A stretch of 64,000 nt of DNA, taken from an uncultured Dehalococcoidia bacterium. Its GTDB lineage: Bacteria; Chloroflexota; Dehalococcoidia; Lucifugimonadales; UBA3495. Below the pieces are notes generated by a model. The model saw only the letters and a program-made list of their open reading frames with translations. It had not been told where the DNA came from and ran no database searches. The stretch spans positions 89,964-153,963 of the forward strand of contig CAYFGT010000002.1 in the NCBI GenBank assembly GCA_964343075.1, read 5' to 3'. Positions 56,584-64,000 of the stretch are shown here, in pieces; the stretch's first letter is position 1; every line of letters begins with the position of its first letter. The position numbers and the translations under genes are program-made.

Positions 56584-57171
56584 ATGATAGACACATTAGA
56601 AATGTTCAAGATATTTAATAAATACAGAGGCAACAGTATTGTTCTCTCTGGTAGAGGTGGCAGACATTGGCAAGAGGTCAGTGAGCAACCTGACTTAGAT
56701 ATTGCATTAGGAGATCCAGCAATGGGAGGTCATTCTTCTTTTGCCCTAGGTCTGGCGTTGTCTAGGCCAAATGAGAGAGTAATACAATTTGATTCGGAAG
56801 GTGATGTTCTTATGGGATTGGGTGCGTTGCCCACTATCGCAGATAAGATGCCTAAGAATTTTTATCATTTTATGTTAGATAACGAAGTTTATGGGACAAC
56901 TGGAGGACAGCCAGTTCCAAATGCTGAAAACATTTCCTACGATATGATTGCTAAAGGAGCAGGGTACCCTAACACATATGCCTTTGATAATATCGAAGAT
57001 TTTGCATCTAGCATTGAAGAAATACTAAACCTTGAAGGGCCTGTGTTTGTCGCCTTAAAAATTATCCCCGAAGTTACAAATGTCCCAATTGGTCAACGTG
57101 TCAAATGGCAGAACCGCACGAGAGATCAGATTATTTCTGATTTCAAGAATAGAATTGGCGTAAAAGATTAA
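56584..57171 (+). CDS. ThDP-dependent decarboxylase beta subunit (ComE-like)
   Basis: MGG.SSFALGLAL, variant DSEGD.LMGLG, LDNEVYGTTGGQP. Confidence 0.8.
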   Translation: MIDTLEMFKIFNKYRGNSIVLSGRGGRHWQEVSEQPDLDIALGDPAMGGHSSFALGLALSRPNERVIQFDSEGDVLMGLGALPTIADKMPKNFYHFMLDNEVYGTTGGQPVPNAENISYDMIAKGAGYPNTYAFDNIEDFASSIEEILNLEGPVFVALKIIPEVTNVPIGQRVKWQNRTRDQIISDFKNRIGVKD

Positions 57172-57193
57172 TTTACCTGCATAGAGAATTCCG

Positions 57194-58318
57194 ATGGAGA
57201 AACACTTTGAAGTTATAGTGATCGGGGCAGGAGCTATTGGTGGCTCAGTATCCTATTATCTAAGTGAAAAAGGTATCTCAGTTTGTTTGCTCGACGAGAA
57301 CGCGATAGGAAGTGGTGCATCAGCGCATGCAACAGGTTTTTTGTCCAATACATATGATTACGATTCAAATCCTAATATAAATGATGCTCTATTCGATAGC
57401 AGTGAATTGTTTGACGTAGACATTCCCAAGATCAATGATCTAAGCCAGATTAATACCCTTGCAGTGACTAGACCGGGTTTAAGACTTGCTTTATCTGAAT
57501 CTGATGCAGCTATTCTTAAAAACCGTGCAGATTTTTCAAAATTTAGAAATCGTTATCCATTTGATTTATTAACAGGAGACGAAACTAGGAAATTAGATAA
57601 GAGGCTTTCCGAAAATATATTAGCTGCCGGGTATATTCCTGAAGAAACTCAAATTGATAGCTATAAGTTTACCTTGGCATTAGCTGTTGCAGCGGAAAAA
57701 TTAGGAGCAGAAATTAATCAACGGAAGGTTGTTGGGTTAATATATCAATCAGGCAAAGTAACGGGAGTGCAATGTAGCTCAGAGGTTTTGTATGCTGACA
57801 ATATTGTAGTGTCGGGAGGCTTGGGTTCCAATTCTTTGCTATCCGATATAGGCATTAACGCTAACCTTAGCCCCTTGAAAGGACAATCCATAAGAATGAA
57901 ATACTCTGGCCAGCCTCTAGGATTTCACATAGGAGGTGTCGAGTCGTGGCATCTGATAAATAGAGGAGATGATTTAATTAGTGCGGGTAGCACGTCTGAA
58001 TTTAATAATTTTGAAGAATCTCCAAATCATCAGGCGACTCAAAGTATTATGGAATGGGTAATGTCAGTGATGCCAAGCCTAGAAGATGCACAAATTGTTG
58101 AAACTATGTATGGATTCAGGCCAATGTCGCCAGATAACCTACCGATTGTCGGACCGGTTGACTCGATTGACAATGTGTATCTCGCTACTGGACATGGTCA
58201 TAAAGGTATTCATCTTAGTTTATTGACAGGTAAAATAATTACTGACTTAATTAGTAGAGGGTATTCCGAATATAACTGGGATTTCATGAATCCCAACAGA
58301 TTTGCTAGTAATCAGTAG
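57194..58318 (+). CDS. DAO/glycine oxidase (ThiO-like) FAD-dependent oxidoreductase
   Basis: VIGAGAIG, GASAHATG, KGQ, GFRPMSPD.LPIVG, ATGHGHKGI. Confidence 0.85.
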   Translation: MEKHFEVIVIGAGAIGGSVSYYLSEKGISVCLLDENAIGSGASAHATGFLSNTYDYDSNPNINDALFDSSELFDVDIPKINDLSQINTLAVTRPGLRLALSESDAAILKNRADFSKFRNRYPFDLLTGDETRKLDKRLSENILAAGYIPEETQIDSYKFTLALAVAAEKLGAEINQRKVVGLIYQSGKVTGVQCSSEVLYADNIVVSGGLGSNSLLSDIGINANLSPLKGQSIRMKYSGQPLGFHIGGVESWHLINRGDDLISAGSTSEFNNFEESPNHQATQSIMEWVMSVMPSLEDAQIVETMYGFRPMSPDNLPIVGPVDSIDNVYLATGHGHKGIHLSLLTGKIITDLISRGYSEYNWDFMNPNRFASNQ

Positions 58319-58328
58319 AGGTTAAATC

Positions 58329-59708
58329 ATGTCGATTAGTAAAATGTCAGGCATACTAGGGGTTTCTTTAGTCGGTGTAGCGGCCGTTTTGGTATCTATA
58401 TTTGCGGACATAGATTTTCAGACCAAAGTTTGTGTGATCGTGATGATGATTGCGGTTGCTTTTTGGATTACTGACTGGATTCCTGCTGTGACAACAAGTT
58501 TTATTGGGCTCCTATTGTTAACGTTTGCTGGTGGGGTGGATTCATTTTCAGAAGCATTGGTGGGATTTAGCAAACCCATATGCTATTTTTTGATTGGAAT
58601 CTTGGCTATGGGATTTGCTGTTCGAGTTTCAGGTCTTGCTGAAAGAGTAGCAAGTTACATAATAAATATATCAGTTGGAAATCCTGTACTTATGTATTTT
58701 CAAATGTTGCTGTCTTTTGTCCTGCTTACGTTTGTATTACCATCAGCTACTACCAGAGGGGCCATTATTGTCAATATGTACGAAGAAGTATTGGATAGCT
58801 GGAATGTTGCTAAGACCCACCCATTCCATAAAATGCTAATGATGGCTATGTTAGCTTTAAACCGATGTGCGTCAACAGCATTACTAGCGGGTGGCATAAC
58901 GCCTGTGGTAGCCTCCGGATTGCTCGGTGATTTTTCTTGGATAGAATGGTTTGTCATCATGAGTGTACCATTTTATTTGAATCTATTTGCAGGAGGAACC
59001 ATCCTATATTTCTGGTACATAACAGGCGTGCGAGAGTTACCTACTCAACAGTTGAAACAATCAAAATTTGGACCCCTTAAACCTGAAGAAATCAAGGTAA
59101 TAATCATAATTAGTATCACTGTAGTCCTGTGGTTCACAGACTTTATCCATGGGTTCCACGCGTCTGTTCCTGCAGTTCTTGCTTTTGTTTTATTGATGTC
59201 TCCCAAAATTGGAATACTAAAATGGGAAGAACTTCAAAGAGGAATAGCATGGAGTAACTTCTTTATAACAGCTGCTGCTTTATCCCTAGGATTAGCTTTT
59301 TTGAATAGTGGTGGAGCTCAATGGATGGCGACAAGTATTTTAAGTCTTGGATTAAACATCACAGAGAATCCCAATATGTTGTTGATATTAGTAATGGTAT
59401 TAATAGGATTAGCTAGGATCGCATTCAATAATATATCGGCTTACTTAGTGATAATGATTCCTCTTACAATGGGATTCGCTAGTATCCTAGGATTTGATCC
59501 ACTCGTTATAGGATTTTTGACTGTAGTAATAGGGGATTCTGTAATATTTTATTGTGCCGGTACAGGCTCTGGATTAATTATATTCGAGCGTAGTGGCTTA
59601 ACGAATATGGAAGTGTTTAGGTTCGCGTGTGTGATGATGTTGTCTGTGATACTGATCGCGTATTTTATTGTTTTGCCTTATTGGAATGCGATTGGATTTG
59701 TTAGTTAA
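58329..59708 (+). CDS. SLC13/DASS di-/tri-carboxylate or sulfate transporter
   Basis: WITDWIP, SGLAERVA, PSATTRG, TALLAGGITP, AWSNF. Confidence 0.8.
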   Translation: MSISKMSGILGVSLVGVAAVLVSIFADIDFQTKVCVIVMMIAVAFWITDWIPAVTTSFIGLLLLTFAGGVDSFSEALVGFSKPICYFLIGILAMGFAVRVSGLAERVASYIINISVGNPVLMYFQMLLSFVLLTFVLPSATTRGAIIVNMYEEVLDSWNVAKTHPFHKMLMMAMLALNRCASTALLAGGITPVVASGLLGDFSWIEWFVIMSVPFYLNLFAGGTILYFWYITGVRELPTQQLKQSKFGPLKPEEIKVIIIISITVVLWFTDFIHGFHASVPAVLAFVLLMSPKIGILKWEELQRGIAWSNFFITAAALSLGLAFLNSGGAQWMATSILSLGLNITENPNMLLILVMVLIGLARIAFNNISAYLVIMIPLTMGFASILGFDPLVIGFLTVVIGDSVIFYCAGTGSGLIIFERSGLTNMEVFRFACVMMLSVILIAYFIVLPYWNAIGFVS

Positions 59709-59794
59709 ATAATCAATATTAGAAGCTAGTATAAGTATGGTATCTACAAGCTCTTGCATATATATTCAAGAAACACATAAATTGGGAGATTGTT

Positions 59795-60226
59795 ATGGCG
59801 GAAGTGACTAAGCAAGGCGATACCGTTAAGGTTCATTATACCGGTAAGCTACTAGATGGTAGTGTTTTTGATTCTTCTGAAGGCAGAGAACCTTTAGAAT
59901 TTACTGTAGGCTCTGGACAAATGATAGCTGGTTTCGATCAAGGTGTAGTCGGTATGGCGATCGACGAAGAGAAAGAGATAACTATCTCTCCACAGGACGC
60001 TTATGGGGTGTATGATCCTGCCAAAATAATTGATGTTCCTAATGATCAATTTCCTCCTGACTTTGCTTTGGAAATTGGGATGCAGATATCTGCGAGCCAG
60101 CCAGATGGAAGTGCTATTCAGTTTGTTGTTAAGGAACTAGGAGAGACATCTACCAAGCTAGATGGCAATCATTTTCTGGCAGGAAAAGATCTAATATTTT
60201 CGGTTAAGATTGTTTCAATATCCTAG
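59795..60226 (+). CDS. FKBP-type peptidyl-prolyl isomerase (SlyD/FkpB-like, no His tail)
   Basis: GDTVKVHYTG.L.DG.VFDSS, G.GQMIAGFD, DGNHFLAGKDL.F. Confidence 0.92.
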   Translation: MAEVTKQGDTVKVHYTGKLLDGSVFDSSEGREPLEFTVGSGQMIAGFDQGVVGMAIDEEKEITISPQDAYGVYDPAKIIDVPNDQFPPDFALEIGMQISASQPDGSAIQFVVKELGETSTKLDGNHFLAGKDLIFSVKIVSIS

Positions 60227-61032
60227 TACTTTTGTTGGTCCAAAGTACTATAGGTTACTGGACTTGTCGCTGCGAGACCTGCATCGACTGGCATTGTAAC
60301 TCCTGTCACCCATCTTGATTCATCGCTTGCGAAAAATAGAGCTGCGTATGCAACATCCCAACCAGTCCCTTCCGTCCCCAATGGCGCTGCGTTTTTCCTG
60401 ATCTCTCGTAGGTCGTCATTCATCCTGGGAGCTACCATAGGTGTATAAGGAAGTCCAGGTGCAATGCAGTTTACTCTAATCCCATCTCGGCCATGGTCTG
60501 CTGCCATTGAAAAGGTTAGTCCAATAACTGCTGATTTCGAAGCTGTATAAGGAGTACTGCTGTGGGCTCGAAGGCCTGCTATCGAAGAGATATTTATAAT
60601 AGATCCCTGCCCGTTTTCTTTCATAGCGGGGATTGCAAATTTACTAGCTAGCACTATGCTTTTAACATTTACTGACATGACTTGATCCCAGTCAGTTTCT
60701 GAAATTTCCAATACAGTACCTCGTCTGGAAATACCAACATTGTTGTCTAGTATATCCAGCCTCCCATACCGTGACATAGCTGCTTCGACCATTGATTCAC
60801 AGTCTGATGCATTTGTAACATCTGCTTGGAATACGGAAGCCACGCCGTTCTCTGCCTGTATCAATTTAAGGGTTTCCTCTGCTCTGTCTAGTTGGGAATC
60901 TACAATTAGAATTTTTGCTCCCTGTTGAGCAAACAATAATGCGGTCGCCTTTCCATTACCGATTCCCGGTCCACTGGAACCTGCTCCAGTTATGATTGCA
61001 ACCTTATCTTGCAATCGCAATTTACTTGTCAT
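60223..61032 (-). CDS. SDR-family oxidoreductase
   Basis: ITGAGS..GIGNG, LDILDNNVG, NISS, YTASK, IRVNCIAPG. Confidence 0.92.
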   Translation of the reverse strand: MTSKLRLQDKVAIITGAGSSGPGIGNGKATALLFAQQGAKILIVDSQLDRAEETLKLIQAENGVASVFQADVTNASDCESMVEAAMSRYGRLDILDNNVGISRRGTVLEISETDWDQVMSVNVKSIVLASKFAIPAMKENGQGSIINISSIAGLRAHSSTPYTASKSAVIGLTFSMAADHGRDGIRVNCIAPGLPYTPMVAPRMNDDLREIRKNAAPLGTEGTGWDVAYAALFFASDESRWVTGVTMPVDAGLAATSPVTYSTLDQQKY

Positions 61033-61130
61033 AATTACACCTTTTATTATCGATGGACTTTTAACTTTATTAGTTTAAGCATACACATTATACCTTGATA
61101 GTATCTGTTACATGATAATATATGTATTAA

Positions 61131-61167
61131 AGTAAGATATCAAACTTAAAAACTTTGATATATTACT
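61131..61167. promoter_or_regulatory. Imperfect 14-bp inverted repeat upstream of the NYN gene
   Basis: AGTAAGATATCAAA-N9-TTTGATATATTACT, 13 of 14 positions pair. Confidence 0.5.
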
Positions 61168-61191
61168 CAAATTAAGATAATAAGGATATTA

Positions 61192-62655
61192 ATGAATAAT
61201 GATTTTGTGCTCGGAGACGTAGCACTATTTATAGACTGGGAAAATTTTAAAATTAGCTTGGCCGGTGGTAATCGTGTCCCAAACGTGTCTGCTTTGAAAG
61301 AAGAAGTCTCTAATCACGGACGTGTGGTAGTGGCAAAAGCATACGCAGATTGGGTAACTCGTTCTCCTGAATTGAAAGGAGCTAGTCAATTTGTAAATGA
61401 TCCGCCCGCATTGTATGCGTCAGGCATAGAGCCCGTTTATGTGCCAACAAGACTTCAACTAGGAAATTCCAATAATAGTAATCGTACAATAACGGTCAAA
61501 AACAGTGTAGATGTGAAAATGACCGCCGATTGTATAGAATGTGCCCATTCTTACCCCAATATAGACACTTTCGTAATAGTATCTGGAGACTCTGATTTCA
61601 TACATGTAATCAATGCTTTAAGAACAATGGGAAAGAAAGTGATTATCATAGGAGTTTCTTGGACTACTTCTCGTAGGTTATCTGCTTTAGTAGATGGACT
61701 CATTTTCTATGACATTGATGTGGATCAAGATTCAAATAATGCTGGTAATACTTATAATACTCCTCGTGCTCGCAATAATTACTCACGACAAGATGTTCCC
61801 GATATTTTGCAATCGATAGAAAATATAGTAATTAGGGAAAGAGAAAGTGGAAGAATTCCTCTACTTACTTCTGTAAAACAAAGACTAATACGACAATATC
61901 CCGGATTAGATGAAAGAAGATTAGGTTTTACAGGATTCAAGAAATTGGTCCAGGCAGCTACAGAGCAAGGGAAGATACAGATGGTGACAGTAGGTATGGC
62001 TGACTGGGTAATATTAGCTGACGAGCCAGTACCGGAAGAAATAACTTCTGAAGAAACGGACATCTCGGAAAATATTGATAATGCTATTAATGCTAATAAC
62101 GAAGAGTACAATGAGTTAAAAACAAGTACTGATAATTCTGAGAAACTTGCAGCATACAGTGGGGCTATGTCAGAATTACTATCTTCATTGGAAAAGGCTA
62201 GTAGTACCAGAGATGACAATGATGAATCACGTATAAATCAGATTATAGTTATGTCTGATTATTTATATGATGTGAAGGAAAGTACTAGCATAACTCCAAA
62301 CACTTTAGGGGATGAGATCTCTTCTAATATTAAAGGTGCGCTTGACGCTAATAACGAAGAGATTAAGATTCTTTGGGAAAAGACATTTTCTAAAACTTAT
62401 GTGAATAAGCTTATTAAAGGGTTATCAGATGAGAAAGTGTTCACAAAGGGTTGGGGTTCCGTGCAAGAAGAAGGCTCAGATAAGCCAAAAAGGAAAAGGA
62501 CACTCAGCTTAAACCGTGAACATCCAGTGGTCTGCTATGCTTTGGAAAGTTATTGGGGACAATCTATGGAAGATAATGCGCCGTTCGCATCTAATGAAGA
62601 TGAAGATTCTGGCTCTGGACTAGCTGGCAGAGTGATGAGGTTATTTTCCAGGTAA
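61192..62655 (+). CDS. NYN (LabA/DUF88, PIN-like) ribonuclease with OST-HTH/LOTUS domain and C-terminal extension
   Basis: FIDWEN, AYADW, KNSVDVKM, VSGDSDF; LLTSVKQRL..YPGLDERRLGFTGFKKLV. Confidence 0.85.
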   Translation: MNNDFVLGDVALFIDWENFKISLAGGNRVPNVSALKEEVSNHGRVVVAKAYADWVTRSPELKGASQFVNDPPALYASGIEPVYVPTRLQLGNSNNSNRTITVKNSVDVKMTADCIECAHSYPNIDTFVIVSGDSDFIHVINALRTMGKKVIIIGVSWTTSRRLSALVDGLIFYDIDVDQDSNNAGNTYNTPRARNNYSRQDVPDILQSIENIVIRERESGRIPLLTSVKQRLIRQYPGLDERRLGFTGFKKLVQAATEQGKIQMVTVGMADWVILADEPVPEEITSEETDISENIDNAINANNEEYNELKTSTDNSEKLAAYSGAMSELLSSLEKASSTRDDNDESRINQIIVMSDYLYDVKESTSITPNTLGDEISSNIKGALDANNEEIKILWEKTFSKTYVNKLIKGLSDEKVFTKGWGSVQEEGSDKPKRKRTLSLNREHPVVCYALESYWGQSMEDNAPFASNEDEDSGSGLAGRVMRLFSR

Positions 62656-64000
62656 AGCTGATGACCATGCCGATGTTAATGTGGAAACATCAGTATTTAT
62701 TACTTCGCCTAATTTGAATTTATAATCTGTCGTAGTTCCTAAGTGGATTATCGGGACATTAACCATTTGGGCTTGTTCAATTATTGCTTGGCTGTCAGAT
62801 TTCCTGCATGAGATTATTATTCTTGATTGAGATTCCCCAAACAAGTCAGCTTCCCAGTCGTTAAGATTGAAATTGTTAGAAATGAACCCTATGCTCCCGA
62901 TACAGCTGCACTCAGCCAATGCTACCGCCAAGCCGCCTTCTGAACAGTCATGAGCAGATAATATGACATGTTTAGCAATCAAATCTCTGCATAAGCTTTG
63001 TACTTGTAACTCGAGTTCTAAGTTGATTTTAGGACTTCCCGTGACGGATTGGTACAAGGAACTATAGTATTCAGATCCAGATAAACTGTTCCTCTCTAGT
63101 GTGAGTGTATTTGTTCCTAGTATGAATACATCCGCATCTACTTCAGTGAAGCCAGATTTAATAGGGGTGACAGAATTTGGCATTACTCCTAAACAGCCTA
63201 TAATGGGTGTTGGGTAAATTTCAGATAGGTCTGACTGATTATATAAACTAGCGTTTCCACTTACGATTGGGGTATCAAATGTTCGAGCTGCTAACCCCAT
63301 CCCTTGTATAGACTGTTCGAGTTGAAAATATATTTCAGGTCTTTCTGGATTTGCAAAATTAAGACAGTCAGTTAATGCAATGGGCGTTGCGCCTGTGCAA
63401 GATACATTCCGACATGCTTCTGCAACGGCTATTTGGGCACCTATATATGAATCTAAATAACAGTAGCGACTGTTGCAATCGATGCTAAGGCTTATCATCC
63501 TAGTAGTATCTTTGATTCTTAATACTGCGGCGCTATGTTGCGGGCCTATGATCGTGTTAGTTTGTACCTGACTATCATATTTTTGAAATACTGATTGTCT
63601 ACTTCCAATGTTATTGTTCTCGAGTAATGATAGAAGAGAATTTTGTGCAGATAACGAAGGGTCAGGTTGATGGAGAATATTATTTAGAGATTTAAGATCA
63701 ATAGATGAAGTGTCGGCGGAATATGAAGGTGCCTCGGTAAGAAACTGAATTGGAACCTTTGCAACACTTTTGGTTCCATCATTAACTTCTATATGAGGCT
63801 CTTTGATGACCTCACCTATTTGCGTGGCATAGATGCCCCATTTTGTAAATATATTGGAGATTTCTTCCACATATTCTGGACGTACAAAGAGTATCATGCG
63901 TTCTTGTGATTCCGATAGCATGATTTCGTATGGAGACATAGCATCTTCTCGTGTAGGTACCATGGAGGTATTAATGAAAATACCTAATCCAGCTTTACTA
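62641..64000 (-). CDS. purL: Phosphoribosylformylglycinamidine synthase subunit PurL, 5' part outside the window
   Basis: YEIMLSESQERM, VAEACRN, TDCLNFANPE, VSGNASLYN, IYPTP, AHDCSEGG; frame stays open to 64000 (SKAGLGIFINTS). Confidence 0.95.
   Translation of the reverse strand, partial: SKAGLGIFINTSMVPTREDAMSPYEIMLSESQERMILFVRPEYVEEISNIFTKWGIYATQIGEVIKEPHIEVNDGTKSVAKVPIQFLTEAPSYSADTSSIDLKSLNNILHQPDPSLSAQNSLLSLLENNNIGSRQSVFQKYDSQVQTNTIIGPQHSAAVLRIKDTTRMISLSIDCNSRYCYLDSYIGAQIAVAEACRNVSCTGATPIALTDCLNFANPERPEIYFQLEQSIQGMGLAARTFDTPIVSGNASLYNQSDLSEIYPTPIIGCLGVMPNSVTPIKSGFTEVDADVFILGTNTLTLERNSLSGSEYYSSLYQSVTGSPKINLELELQVQSLCRDLIAKHVILSAHDCSEGGLAVALAECSCIGSIGFISNNFNLNDWEADLFGESQSRIIISCRKSDSQAIIEQAQMVNVPIIHLGTTTDYKFKLGEVINTDVSTLTSAWSSALPGK

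Noticed and set aside
508-61000. Many short opposite-strand or nested ORFs in the track (e.g. 508-1017, 6542-6871, 11947-12462, 15909-16217, 27289-27759, 29668-29994, 30423-30782, 45329-45643)
   Set aside because: They lie wholly antisense to or inside well-supported genes, have no recognisable motifs and read as shadow frames.

Overview
A gene-dense, AT-rich 64 kb bacterial chromosome segment. It most likely comes from a marine Chloroflexota/Dehalococcoidia (SAR202-like) genome; this is inferred from three luciferase-like monooxygenases, family III CoA-transferases, an NHL/DUF1501/DUF1800 block and the rplI-dnaB-dnaD-double-AAA+ loader layout. It holds about 60 CDS and 5 tRNAs (CAU probably Ile2, Pro-UGG, Arg-CCG, Ser-CGA, Thr-CGU). 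I saw no rRNA, CRISPR array, integrase or transposase. Housekeeping genes include rplI, dnaB, dnaD-like, a loader ATPase, trpE, trpG, purL (partial), a photolyase and an FKBP. There are many catabolic oxidoreductases and MFS/RND/DASS transporters, plus a ubiA-dprE1-dprE2-like trio. The best candidate for an undescribed system is the minus-strand copper locus at 38743-42776. A membrane-targeted His-rich upstream ORF ends in KQRPPVAP*, and its last codons can base-pair with the Shine-Dalgarno of the next gene. That gene encodes a His-rich protein with an inserted, circularly permuted, Cys-less cupredoxin-like domain, and is followed by a CopC-CopD-YtkA-like-cytochrome c fusion. Divergent from it is a sigma70-type promoter with a Fur-like box driving an orphan OmpR-type regulator whose phosphoacceptor Asp is Asn. 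Family assignments rest on motif recognition by eye; no database search or folding calculation was run.
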